A stretch of DNA of 64,000 bases from Octopus vulgaris (lineage: Eukaryota), in contig OX597817.1 in the NCBI GenBank assembly GCA_951406725.2, forward strand, positions 3,224,001 through 3,288,000, given 5' to 3'. Made by a program: the position numbers and the translations under genes. Positions 27,771 to 41,230 of the stretch are shown here, in pieces. Each line of letters begins with the position of its first letter. The stretch's first letter is position 1. The notes under the pieces were generated by a model. That model was not told where the DNA came from, did not search any database, and was given only the letters and a program-made list of their open reading frames with translations.

Positions 27771-30700
27771 CTGAAACGATACGGTTTAGAAAGGAATAAG
27801 CATACGGAATCAAAAGACATGAAATAAAGAAATATAAAAATAAAAAATAAAAAACGAAAAGTTTTATTAAAGATTTCTTTTTATGAATTCAAAATTTAAA
27901 AACAAATTACAATATTTTAACATATGAAATGTTTAATTTTGTCACAACGTAACTTTCATTTTAATTGAAACATGAAATCTCATTTGTCATTCAAATTCAA
28001 ATACTTTTCAGAAAATAAAATGAACTGTATTACTTATAAAATGATTATATGAATAAATTATTCATGAATTATTTCAAATGCAAATTATCATTACTCCCAA
28101 AATTGCAATTCTAAAATTGCTTTAATTCAAGATATTCTGATTTAATTTAGAAATGAGAATTAAATATATACACATTCTGAAAAAATATGTGAAATATATT
28201 TTAAAACGAAATGTCATTTTGAGAAACCATCAGATAGGTGTATGTAATGAATACAGAGTGTTCAAGTGATGACTATAGGTTAGGAGACTAATTTCATACA
28301 TGCCATTAGAAGTAATACATGATGATTTAACACACACTGCTGTTGCAGCTGTTCTTAATGAAGTTGATATGGTTTCATTTCTAGAAGTTTAGGGACTGAG
28401 ACTATACCATTTATGAACTTATATGGTAATGAAATGTGATTAGGAAATCCCTTCAGAAATACTCATGAAATCAGCATTGTAAGTTTATAAGAAGGTTTAA
28501 GAGGCATTAATTGATGTATGTAAAAGAGACACCAACAATTAAATGAACGATTGATAAAGAAGAATATTGCTATGATATGGTAATGAGATATAACTGATAT
28601 GCAGAAAGATTTCTGAAAACTAGATAAAAATAGTTATTTAAAACGTAGAAACATTGGAATATGATGCAAGTGAATATACTAGATTGCAGGTCCATGAAAT
28701 GATATATGTTAAAATACCAACAATGATAATGATGATGATGATTAAGGACAACATATATGATCTATGTTAGGACAGTCATGTTTATTTATCAGTTTATTAA
28801 TTTTTCAGCAAATCGTAATACTCTATTTAGCTTCTCTAAACTAACTTTCTTTGAGCTAGAGAAGGAGACTCTACATGGTTGTTTGACCAGCAAAATTAGT
28901 AGCCAAGTATCTTGCAAAATCATGGGCTACCATCATTTAAAAAAGGAAAGGTATGCTACATAATTTGTGCATGATACACTATCCGAAAATACGGGTTTGT
29001 TCAGATTAGAATGCTTTTGATTGTAAGTATGTTCTATCACAGCTGACCTGGGACTAAATAACAGCAGCAACTATATTTCCTTACAAGTTTTACTTATCCT
29101 GAATTCCCAACTATTCCTTATACACAGATATTATTTTCATTTTCATTGTAATATCTTATCTTAAATATAAACATCCGTCTGTTACTGTAAGATTTTAATT
29201 ACTTTTGATTTTCTCTATATGAGATGTCTGAATAAGAACACACAATATGGATTTAAAATCTGGGATGGAAAGCTGGAAATAAAGACAAGATCTTTGGAGA
29301 ATACTAAGTTAAATATTGTATTGAATATATTACCAGTAACAATCATACTTTAGTCTAGTTTCTTTAGTAATGAAATCTTCATACGAAATTTATTTCATCC
29401 TACAGTTTTCTTTACCCATTAAATTACATTAAATTGTCTTATATAGATAAGAAAAGGAAAAAACAAACATTGTAACCTAGTGATGGATAACTATGGTAAA
29501 TCCGAATAAAACCTAGTGATATTAAAACATGTTCCAAGAAAATCTGTTTGATTGCAAACTAATGGAATGACGTATGTTAAAATACTGCCAATAATGATGA
29601 TGACAGCAATATTTAACAGTTATCTGATAATACTTATATTAGTATTGCAAGTTTTTTCTGCAAATAGAGCTACTCTATTATGAAATAACTTTTCAAGATT
29701 AACCAAGTAAATTTTTTGTGTCATTGAAAAATATTTTCTTTGTAATAAATTACAAAACCTATGTGCCTAGATATATGTTAATTCCTTTCCTAATTAGCTT
29801 GAGTATAATCATCTTAATCATCCTCATTTGCTGGTCATTAATTTCATTACCGTTTTGCTTTTTGTTTCTAGTGATCAGTTTTGCTGTTGTAATAATTTAC
29901 CAATGATTTGATTTTATAGAACAACAGCTACTATTATTCCTAATGGCTTTTAAAGCATTGTGTTCAAATAGACTTTGGACTTGGATATATGGAGTTTGGA
30001 ATTTTCTGCACTGATTGTTTTTTTCTTTTAATGAAATACTCTGAAATACTTTATAATGGGACATCAACTTGGAAATATAAATCTTAAATTCATGATTAAA
30101 CCCGTGTATTTGTCTTTATTTTAAGCATTTTTATCTGATCAAAGATGACGTTATTTTAAGGTTTCTTTTCTGATGAAAGACCTGCATATGTCATTACTTT
30201 ATGTATACTAATTTTATGAAAGACCAACAAATATTATTTTAAAAATATTTTTCTGACCAGAGACCTGTATATGTCAGGGAAGACCTGTATACATCTATAT
30301 TAAAAATATCATTGTAATAGGGAGGTTCTATTCAAAAACATTCAATATGGAGAAATATTTTGTGAGAAATAAAAAAAATATGAAACATATGCAGCCCAAA
30401 AGAACTATCAAATTCTTCAATAAAGAATTAAAAATATTGAACCTTGAAAGGAAGAATGAAGTGACTATAGTGTGTTTTAAGATGCTGGTGACCATAAAAC
30501 TACGAAAGATGACCAATCCTGTTAGATTGCAAACCCATTATTCGAAGTATACAAAAGTCTTTAAGAGTAAAAAATAATCCAAAACAAAATGAAACTAAGC
30601 AAAGAACCAGAGTATTATAGAAACAGATTATGTTTTGTCATTTATAATTCTAAAGTGACAAAAGTAACAAGAAAAATGGTGCTAGGATAATAAATGGAAT

Positions 30701-31359
30701 TCAGTGAAATGTTTGCTAATATGTTTCAGAAGTAAAATGCAATGCACTAAAAGTCACTGTCAGAAGATTATGGAAAAACCAATAACAAGACAGGAAAATG
30801 GAAACAGATGGAAATCAGAATACTAGGTTTCTAAATAATGTGTTATTGATGGTGGAACATGAACTAAATAAAGCTATAAATAATAGTGTGTAAAATATTG
30901 GGTTAAAAAATAACCCTTGGATGGGGAAAGTTGAAGGCTACCCCTGGAACATGAACCATGTTTGGATTTATTTACATGACTTCCTATTTAGTACTAGAGT
31001 ATATGTAAATTAAGGAAACTCAGTTTTGATATATTCTAAGTTATTTCAAAAGAACCAATATTAACTAAAAAGCAAATGCTACAAATAAAAGGACTGAAAA
31101 TTAAGTTTTAAATTTGGCTTTTGAAAAGCTTATTTTTTACTTCTCTTGTACTAAAGACACTGAGTGATCAAAAATTAAAGCTAGAATATTAAGCTCTGCA
31201 TATTCAACAATTGAAATGAACATAAGGTCAATAAATTATAATTATTAAATACAATAAATAATAATATCTTACTTTGGCAGGGATGATGTAGTACTTGCAG
31301 AAGAGTAAAATGAATGATTAAATACAATAATAAAAATTGTTTGGAAGAAATATACTTAC

Positions 31360-31550
31360 TCTGATATGAGTACTTATTGGAAGTAGCGTAAGGACAAAAC
31401 TGACAAAAGAAATCTTTTTCATCATGAGAAGTATGTCTTTGTTTGATATGAGATTGGAGCTCACTATCCTCACCAAATGCTTGAGCGCACATTTGACACA
31501 AATACGGACGGATATTCAAGTGAATTTTACTGACATGTTTCCGTAAGGTT
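31360..31550 (-). CDS. Internal coding exon of the same C2H2 zinc-finger gene
   Basis: Acceptor ttatttgcag| and donor |gtaagt. The 191 bp translate to TLRKHVSKIHLNIRPYLCQMCAQAFGEDSELQSHIKQRHTSHDEKDFFCQFCPYATSNKYSYQ. Phases (2 in, 1 out) match both neighbouring exons. Confidence 0.92.
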
Positions 31551-32884
31551 CTGCAAATAAAGAAAATTGAACTTAAGAATATTTCATTACTTTAATATAG
31601 ATATGCTTGTAAAATTCAATACCATCTTAATTAATATGGATAAAATTATTCAATCAACTTCTACAAAAATTTCTAATTAACTCTGCTAATTCAATTCATA
31701 TTTATAAAATATTGTAATTCAAGTTTACTTGGATAAAGAGATGCTTAAAATAATAAGTTATTAATAGAAAGGAAAGAAACGTTTTTTTTTTTTTATGTAA
31801 GAGCTGATGTAATTAATGGGTAACATAATAATAAAAAAGGTTAATTAAAAATTACATAATTCTGAAATATTTCTTTAATGATATTCTCTAACTTTGAATC
31901 CAATAATAAGCTTATGATTCTAGGACTGTGCAACAAAGGCAAACTTAAGATAAAAAAAAAGAGAATGTGGCCATTGTCAATTGATTCACATTGTTTTGTT
32001 TCAGTATTAACAAATTAAATAGCAAGAAATAACAGTTCAATTTAAACAGAAATAACATTCTAAAATTAAATTACAAATTAGATCCTTTTCAAACTAATTT
32101 ATAGTAATTTATTTGCTTTGTTATATAAAGATAAATTACTATTGACAAATTAATTGAGAAAATACACAGAAATATTTGAATTAAATACATACAAGAAATG
32201 ACACTAATGTAATAGAAATGTTCATATTAGATACGTAAAACTCTTAAAAAAAACTGTAGAACAAAATCAGAATATTACAAATGTGATCTGATTGTGTCTT
32301 AATAGTTATTGGTGAATGACTAACAATATTTTAAAGCATGATCTCCAAGGACTTGTTTCATTTATCCTGAAATTAACAAAGTTTTTGGAAATATTTTTTT
32401 TTTCCCTGTTCTGAAAAGAAAACTTAAAAACACGACCAAAAGAAAACTAAGTAATGTGGTTTCCTTCAATTTACACAACACGTAAGGGTGAAATGAAATC
32501 CAAACTTTTAGAAAAGTAGAATGTTGGATAAATGCATAAAATTTTTAGAAGAGCTAATAAAAAATTTAATCATAGTACAAAGTTGTAAATAGAATTAAAA
32601 TTTTATAGTTAGGTTCAGTGCCCTTCAATGCTACCGATAGTGGTGTCACAAAAGAAAGAAAACTGAATAATGAAAGTGCTTCAAATAGAAAGTACTTAAA
32701 AGTTAGGACTGGGGAGAAAATTGTCTCCTTGAAGGGTTGTTATTCCTGAAATGTCTTTTTTTTTTACATTATGTTGAATGACACTAATTATGAAACATTC
32801 ATCATGATCAATGGCATTAATTATGCTATCATTGAAAGTTTTTGGGTTCCTAACAGCAGTAGCGCCTACTGAAGAATTTACAAT

Positions 32885-33810
32885 AATTTTCATATATGAG
32901 TTTAAATTAGGGTATAAATCTACTCAAGGTGCCAACATTGGTAGAGTGTTTGGAGAGAACAGTGTAAACTGTTCCACATTTGCTTAGCAAGTTTAGTTCT
33001 GGAAACAAGGGAAGCCTAAACCTGTACTTAATGATGCAGACTTGGCAAAAGAAATGGAAAATGATTCAAGAACAATGATTGAAGCACTTGCTAAAGACTC
33101 TGGCACTTTTACAGTACCCACATTAAAGTATCTCAAGGCAATTTGAAAGATTTAAAAAGTTGCAGAAATAGATCCAAGATGAACTGAATGAAATCATAAT
33201 CATCTTCAGATCTATGCAATGCTTGTCATTCGCTGTAACAGGGATCTGATTTTGAAATATATCATGACCTGTGATGGAAAGTGGTATTATAAAATGACAG
33301 AAAGATGTCTGAAGAAATTTATGCTACTGTCCCCAACACACCTGCTTCCCAAATAAAAAAGTTTATAGTTATAGCTTGGTGGACATGAGGAATTGTCAAT
33401 TTCTCATTTTGGGAATTTGAGGTGATAATTAAAGCCCAGTTACACTGCCAATTGATTACACAAAGGCATTCACAATTAGCTCTCAAACAGCTTGTATTGG
33501 TTAATAGGAAACAACCAATATTATACCAATGATCATGCCAGACACTACACTTTTCAGTTGATAACACTAAAGCTTAGAAAGTTGGAATATGTTGCAGTAT
33601 TGTTCCATATCCACCTGACACTTTGTCAGTAGATCATCAATGTTCCAAGTATTATGAGTTTATATCCATAATAAAAGATTCAATACTAAAAAAATTAAGT
33701 CCTTTTACTGGATTTGTAACTGTTCAACTTAAAGAATTTTATTGAGAAGGTATATTATATAAGAAACCATTGGAAAAAGACTGTTGCTTCAAATGGATCA
33801 TATGATCGTA
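32885..33810 (+). mobile_element. Old, highly degenerate mariner transposase remnant inside a zinc-finger gene intron
   Basis: Collinear fragments IYEFKLG..NIGRVFGEN (~32893), IMTCDGKW (~33260), YPPD (~33608), KEFY*EGI (~33731), WKKTVASNGSY (~33771). TIRs not recognised. Confidence 0.75.
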
Positions 33811-34297
33811 ATTTGATTAAACATTTAACATTCTTTTTTTTTTGCTACTTACATCATCCCTCATTCTACTATTCAAAAAACACTTCATAAAAGTATTGTA
33901 AGGAACATGGAATTTCAATGGAAATAAGAGATCTTATTTTAATCTATATTGTTAAAAGAGAGAAGACTCATAATATTAACCATGTGATATAAAATAAATA
34001 ATTAATAGACAACTGAAAACAAAGTGTATTTTAAAAATATCAGCCAAGAAGCCACCTTCCAAGAAGACTTTTAGTCTAGCTTCAACATAGGGTTACTGAA
34101 CCTTCAGCCTAAAGATTGTAAAAATTTAAGAACCTATAAAAAGGAAGACATGTCACAACATCATTAATTCTTTATTTGAATAAATAAGATTTTTCATGCA
34201 AAAATTTATCAAATCAAAACTTAGTAATGCAGACCTTTTGTTATTTGTCCAATAAAAAAACTTCACCAGGTCATGTTAAGCCAAAATTTCACAGGTT

Positions 34298-34661
34298 TTT
34301 TTTAATGAGATCTTCACAGGATCTTTTTTAACCAGATCTGCTCAGGATCTTTTTTAACCAGATCTTCATGGAATCTTTCTTAACCAGATCTTCACAGAAT
34401 CTTTTTTAACCAGATCTTCACAGGATCTTTTTTAACCAGATCTGCTCAGGATCTTTTTTAACCAGATCTTCATGGAATCTTTTTTAACCAGATCTTCACA
34501 GAATCTTTTTTAACCAGATCTTCACAAGATCTTTTTTAACCAGATCTGCTCAGGATCTTTTTTAACCAGATTTTCATGGAATCTTTTTTAACCAGATCTT
34601 CACAGGATCTTTTTAAACCAGATCTTCACAGGATCATTTTTAACCAGATCTGCTCAGGATC
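34298..34661. repeat. Minisatellite, 14 x 26 bp, with a 4-monomer (104 bp) higher-order period
   Basis: Unit ttttttaaccagatc-N7-gatc. Variants A ttcacagg, B tgctcagg, C ttcatgga, D ttcacaga occur in the order ABCD ABCD A'BCA AB. Confidence 0.95.
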
Positions 34662-37101
34662 TTTTTGCTATTCTGGAATTTTTCACTTTCTTTTCAGAAT
34701 ACCATTTCTCCTCACTATTAATCTTTGCCATTTTTCTACCCTTATATTGATATGTACAACATTCCAAATGTCATTTCAATGAAAAATAAAATTTTGACTG
34801 TTTGCCCATTTTAATTTGACTTCTAATACCTGCTTGACTCATTATATAAAAGAACATTTTTCTTTTTGGAGAATACACTAAATATGAGGAAATGTGCTAT
34901 TATTTCATGTTCTATGGACTTCATTTAAAGGGAAAGGATTTGATTTATAACAATAACTCAGTGGCATCTTACCCCAATCTAACACAAAATCTTCTTTACT
35001 ACACTGAATAAAAGTTAATGGAGTACAAAAATGTTAATTATTCTCCCTGCATGTCTGCTGATTTTTTATTAAGTCAAGTATTGTATTTTCCAATCAATAT
35101 TCTGCTGATTGCTCTCTATACTTCTGCTTCCACTGTTACACTTGTTTGTTCACGTTTTGCCAGCTGTAAGACCTAAAGGTGTTATAAGGTGGGCTGAATT
35201 TGTGCCACAGATTGGTGGACCAAAGTAGCATAGAAACACTCTCTGGGTTACCCTGATTCCAGATTATAACCATTTGTATAGACTCAGCCTTGGAGTTTGA
35301 GTCTATTAGTCAAGAAGTGATGTAGACACAGGTATAGATATTTGCATTTATTGGTATAAATATTTGTATGTATACATTGCATTTTTTGGTTGAGAGGGTC
35401 TGTACTTGTGGGTTTTTTTGTGAGAGAGAGTTATCTCCTTTGTCTATAAGCCAGGAAGCCATGCAGACACACTCATAATTTCACATTTATTAATATAGAT
35501 AATTAACTTGAAATTATGATTAAGCTTGTTCTTATTACTATATGTAAACTGTTATTAATGTACAGTAACTTTACCAGTCTGTGAACACCTGCAAAAGTCA
35601 AGGGTGCTATTCACTTCTCCTGTAGCTAAATTAACAAATAAGAAGTGCTTAGCATTCTAATTACAAAAAGGAAAATTGAAAAGGTGAATAACAGGTATGA
35701 TGAATTGGCATCTTTGTAGCTTTAATAGTCATAACTTGTAAAAAGTAACTAACACAGACAAAATGAAAATGAAAAATGCAAAACATCATTGATATTTTAG
35801 CTGAGTAAAGTATCTTGGTAAACACTACAACAACAATTAATGGTTTGAGGCTATTGTCTCTGTTAAAGCAAATGCTCACCTTGCAGAGGCCCCATGTCAG
35901 TCTTTCCCATTTTGCTTTATTCTTTACATCCCCTTTTACCAGTCTTTTTATTGATATTTCCTTCTCCATAATTTCTTTTTCTATACCTTTCACAGTTTCC
36001 TCCTTCCTCTTCTTCCTTCCACATTAATTTCCATCATTGCACTCTCTCAGTTACTTCATCCTTCTTCAGCACATTTTTCCATCCCATTTTTCTTCAAAAC
36101 AACTATCACTAGCTTTATTCCTGTCATTCTCTGCAAGTCATTGTTTGTCTTCCTTTCTTTCCATAATATTCTATTCCTCCATCAAACTATTCTCATTTCT
36201 ATTCTTTCCAACCAACCCTACTGTTTAATATTCTTGTTTCACTACCTTAAGCTATAGATTTCACAAGCATGTGATACTTCCCATTAACAAATCATTCAGC
36301 CTTGAAAAACCTTCTATGCACATTGCTCTTTCTACCATTACTAAATTTGATCCACCTACTCCATTCAACAACATCCTAGGTAAGAAATATTTATAAACAT
36401 TCCATCTTCCTATTTCTAAAATCCAGATCCACTCTCCCTTCACTTGCCATTACTTCTTTAGACATCTTACAGTTAAAATTAGATCCATGTTAGTTACTAA
36501 CTTTCTCTCTACTACATTTCCAATGCCTCCCAGCCAATGTGCATCTAATAGATTGTACTGCAATACCCTTTCTGCATACTGCACATAACTACTTCCTTAT
36601 TCTTTCTATCACATTACATTCTTTACCACTTGCCATCACCATCTTACCATTATTAACCTTCATATCTTTTACTTCTGTGCATTTCTTCTACCTATTTGCC
36701 ATCTCATTATGTGAATCTCAAGTTAGAATAAATACATTTTATTTCTGCTTGTCATACAAGGTAACAAAACAGGTAGGTATATGAATGACATCAGGTGTAA
36801 AATACTCCCTCAAAAAGGATCCCATGACGAGTAAGCACAACTATTTAATACATAGTACAATAAATATTTAAAAAAAATGAATAAATAAAAATAAATAAAT
36901 AAAATCTAAATAAGACATCATCATTGAATTAATGGGAAAATAACAGTTGAAGTTTGAAATCTGAAAGAAGAGTTCAGAAAGAAGCATCAGCAATAAAGAG
37001 AATGCAAGATACTAAACATAAATAAATAAAAAAGAGGGTGAAAAGGAAAGAGAGTGAATACTATGATAACAGATAATTAGAAACATTACTGATATACTTA
37101 C

Positions 37102-37235
37102 ACTGCTGTTTTCATCCTTTTTCCACAGTACTCACAGGAATATTGCTTTTCCTTGACATGCTTGGACTTGTGCTGAATCAGACTCATACGACGGATACAA
37201 GTATAACGACATCCCTCTTCCTCACAGCGGAATAT
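37102..37235 (-). CDS. Internal coding exon of the same C2H2 zinc-finger gene (absent from the ORF track)
   Basis: Acceptor ttttgcttag| and donor |gtaagt. The 134 bp translate to IFRCEEEGCRYTCIRRMSLIQHKSKHVKEKQYSCEYCGKRMKTA. GT+A=Val joins TLRKHVSKIH to complete a finger. The three exons total 876 nt, a multiple of 3. Confidence 0.9.
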
Positions 37236-38559
37236 CTAAGCAAAAGAAATTAAATAATTTTTAGATTTTAAAATTAAAACAGTAAGAAAATATTCTTTAT
37301 ACAATAAAGTGTAAAAATGTATTCAATACATCAGAGTCCAATAAAATTTCAAATTTATGTCCCGCAGAGGTGACGAGTTTCTCATCTTCCAAACTGATAA
37401 TAGAATAATAAAAGCACTTTGAAGTCATTTTCTTCTACTACAGACTTATCCAGCAGGGAATGACCTTAGACTCAGTCAAATGGAATCAAAATTTTATGAC
37501 TATCCAAGGAATTAAATTTTAATGAAAATACAACAAATTTAATTAATCTTGAGGTAATTAAAGCAGGCACAGAATTTACAAGAAATAAAGTACAGACATT
37601 TTAGATGATACATTTATATCATCATCATCATTTTAATTCTTGCTCATGTTGAAGCAAATTTTTCTCCAGGCAAAAGCTTATCCTATCATCAACCTTCACC
37701 TGTTTGCAAATAAGGTGATGTTTTGTCCTGTCCTTCAAACAAGGAACAGCTCAATAGTCATACATGCTTTTCTAGAGGATTGTAAACAACTCACACCATT
37801 TGTATGATAGTGACTTTTGTTTACAATTTACATACTTATGTCTGGGCAAGGACAATATCCAAACACATGTACGCACACACACACATGCATAAATATAGAC
37901 ACACACACATACTATGGGCTTCTACCAGTTTCTTTCTACTAAATCTCACCTACAATGTATTGGTCAACCTGTGATTATAGTAGAGGATAGCAGCCAAATA
38001 TATCTATGCAGTGGTAATGAATCCTAACCCATACGGTTTTGAAATGAACTAATGAACCACATAGCCATACCTGTGCCAGTCTACTTATATCTCTCTTGCT
38101 CTCATTCTCACCTTCCCTGATTCTTCTGTTACCATGCTCTTTTAGAGGACATACTCTGGCTCTTTGTCATTGTATCCATCATCATCTTATTTCTCTTTCA
38201 TGCACCCCCTCTTCTCCTCTCCTAACATGGGTAGCAATGCATTTCCTGCTCAATCCACCCCCATCATTCATATCACTTTCTGACTTTCTCTCACTTCATC
38301 TGACCTTGCATTTTTTTCTCCCCTGACCATTTCCCTAACACTGTCTCTATTAGTCTCTATCTTACCCCACTCTATCAACAATATACTTGAGTAACTTCAA
38401 TAAAAAATAACTCAGTTCCTGAGGAACCATTCAACCCATGCAGACATGAAAAGCAGGTGGAAAATGATGATGATGAGGATATATATATATATATATATCA
38501 TCATCATCATCATCATTACTGTTTAATGTCCGTTTTCCATGCTAGCATGGGTTGGACAA

Positions 38560-39355
38560 TATATATATGATGTGCAAGAGCACTGGCTCATGGCCATGAA
38601 ACATGGGCTGTGATTGCTGAGGATATGTGTAGAATTGAAAGAAATGAAGCTTGTATGCTTTGTTGGATATAAAATGTCAGTGTGTATCTACAACAAAGTG
38701 TAAGCATCTTGAGAGAAAAGCTGGGCATAAAAGGCATCAGACATAGTGTATAAGGGAGATGAGTGTGCGGGTGTGGTTATGCGATGCATATAGAGAACAG
38801 CTGTGTAAAAATATGCTGATCTCTAACTGTGAAAGGAACCTGTGAAAGACATGGGACCAGGTGGTGAAGCATGATCTTCGAATGTTTGACCTCACAGAGG
38901 CAATGACAAATGACGGAAACTTTCGGCGATATGCCAGGCTTGAGAAGACCCATGAAGCCAAGTGAAACTATAATTGGGGCTGATGCCATGTCATGTAACA
39001 GGTATCTTATGCCAGTGGCACATAAAAAACACCCTTGGATGTTGGGCCTCACGGAGGTGATGAGTGACCGAGACCTTTGGTAATTTACCATGATTGAGAA
39101 GACTCATCAAGCAAGGTGGTGAAATCATAGTTGTGGCCGATGCAGGTATCACATAAGTGGCACCTGTGCTAGTGGCATGTAAAAAGCATGCATTACTCTC
39201 TAGGAGTGGTTGGCATTAGGAAGGGCATCCAGCTGTAGAAACTCTGCCAAGTCAGACTGGAACCAGGTGCAGCTCTCCAGGTTACCAGTTTCAGTCAAAC
39301 CGTCTAACCCATGCCAGCATGGAAAGCAGACATTAAATGATGATGAAGATGATAT
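38560..39355 (+). mobile_element. RTE LINE 3' end with duplicated ORF end and terminal module with (GAT)n tail
   Basis: HGHETWAVIAEDMCRIERNEA, LREKLGIKGI. A ~160-bp tandem duplication at 38888 and 39045. Ends ggcattaggaagggcatccagctgtagaaac..gcatggaaagcagacattaaatgatgatg. Confidence 0.8.
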
Positions 39356-39639
39356 GATTTGGGAGACACTGGCCACTCCTAGTCAACCCATCCCATCACC
39401 CTTGCTATTTTGTTACCCCACTTTCCCACTGACTCAAGTATTACGTTTTCTCTTCCCCTTTTCCATGTCTCATCCATTATTCCTCATCAACATTGTTCCA
39501 TCTGTTACTCTCTCCACCATTATCCTCAAACAACAATAAAACTATTTCTTCCATTGTATTTTAACTTCAAATCTTTCAGTCAGGTGGGCTCTCTTTCACC
39601 TTGTGAGCTACAGGGTAACCTGTTAGTGCATTGCCGGGT

Positions 39640-40014
39640 CTTATGCTAGTCCTTGTTGCTCATTGCCGGGTCACAGTCAAAATTTCTCTCTAAATCAAGA
39701 GCTAAGTTTCTTATCACATTTCAGCCTGGGCCAGTTTTGCTGTTTATGAGCAAGTTGGACCTTTTTATGAGAGTAATTAATATTCATTGGACTTCGGCAT
39801 GCCCATATGCCCATAACTTATGGGCATAAGGTGTCGGTTTATCGATTTTTTTAATGGCTTTCTGGGGTGACTGGGGAAATGAAAAGATCTTCACGATGCC
39901 ACTAAGACAGTTTTGAAAGCCCATAGAAAATGCAAGCCTTTTACGTGAAAAACTGTGGATTTGTATAAAGGACACACAGATACACAGACATTTTGCTGTT
40001 TATAGATATAGAGA
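39640..40014 (-). mobile_element. Probable decayed non-autonomous Helitron related to 43429-43796
   Basis: Same 5' terminus (plus strand acacacagatacacagacattttgctgtttatagatatagagat). ttgccggg and ctag remnants at the other end. Confidence 0.5.
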
Positions 40015-40631
40015 TTTAGCTATATATGTAGCATGTGTTGATGAGCGTCACAGCATTGAAACATTTAGATATTGAAAATAATTTGCAACAATGGACTGAT
40101 GAGTATACAAACATAAAAGTGGGCAGGGAAAATTAAAAAGAAAAAGAACATGAATGAAAAAATATATGGAATAAATTCTATACTGTTTGATGGTCTTTCA
40201 AACAAGATACAAAAATTATTTGAATGTTTAAGGAAGATGCCAACACAGCAGAAATACGTCAATCATTATTATCTTAGAGAAAGATTAATCTCTAAAATGT
40301 AGTATCTCCCTGCGATCATTATTTCTAGGTACACTAACTAGGAACACAGAATCGCAATTTAAGTGCTAGCTACAGTTTCTAGAAGAAACATTCTTTGCAA
40401 AATAGAGCACCTTCATAGCTCACCATCTCAATGAAGAAATATTTGGCAAAACTAACCAAATGTTTCCACTGAAATTTTGAGTTATTGCAAAACAGTAAAT
40501 TTTGTTATGAAATCAAAGCAAAAAGATATACGCATTCCCACTTGTTCCATATTACTATTGAAATACATTCAATTGAATTATCAAGAACCCCTTGATTACT
40601 GATTTAGAAACACAACAAAACAAATGACACC

Positions 40632-40632
<1 letters not shown>

Positions 40633-40681
<49 letters not shown>

Positions 40682-40762
40682 TAATAATTGAGCTTCTCTG
40701 CCCTAGGTGTATGGAAAACACTCGGCGAGAAACGGAAGAAAATTTGAAGGAAGAAAAAAAAC

Positions 40763-40805
<43 letters not shown>

Positions 40806-40819
40806 TAATAATAATAATA
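40633..40819. repeat. Two (AAT)n tracts flanking a 75-bp unique segment; probable retroposon tails (another at 41424-41450)
   Basis: Direct reading of the repeats. The tail interpretation is inferred. Confidence 0.8.
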
Positions 40820-40846
40820 TGTACATTGTTTTGTTTTGGTATGGAT

Positions 40847-41230
40847 GGAAGCACTCCGTTGGTTACGGCGATGAGGGTTCCGGCTGATCTGTATCAACGG
40901 AACAGCCTGCTCGTGAAATTAACATGTAAGTGGCTGAGCACTCCACAGACACGTGTACCCTTAACGTAGTTCTCGGGGATATTCAGCGTGACACAGAGAG
41001 TGACAAGGCCGGCCCTTTGAAATATAGGTACAACAGAAACAGGAAGTAAGAGTGAGAGAAAGTTGTGGTGAAAGAGTACAGCAGGGATCACCACCACCCC
41101 CTGCTGGAGCCTCATGGAGCTTTAGGTGTTTTCGCTCAATAAACACTCACAACGCCCGGTCTGGGAATCGAAACCGCGATCCTACGACCGCGAGTCCGCT
41201 GCCCTAACCACTGGGCCATTGCGCCTCCAC
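40847..41230 (-). mobile_element. tRNA-derived SINE, family A, copy 1
   Basis: Head gtggaggcgcaatggcccagtggttagggcagcggactc..ggtttcgattccc with A and B boxes. Near-identical to 51616-52000. TSD gt(t/c)ttggtat. Confidence 0.9.

Noticed and set aside
27771-27813. ORF-track N-terminus MIPYAYSFLNRIVS of the 197-aa ORF, and the tail of ORF 31181-31519 after YSYQ
   Set aside because: Intronic read-through beyond the splice sites.
34298-34661. CRISPR array interpretation
   Set aside because: The variable parts are only 7-8 nt and recur periodically. There are no unique spacers or cas genes, and the context is eukaryotic intron.
41150-41230. tRNA genes (also ~51925-52000, 53390-53463, 62290-62364)
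   Set aside because: These are tRNA-like heads continuous with SINE bodies and enclosed by TSDs. They lack a proper acceptor stem and terminator.
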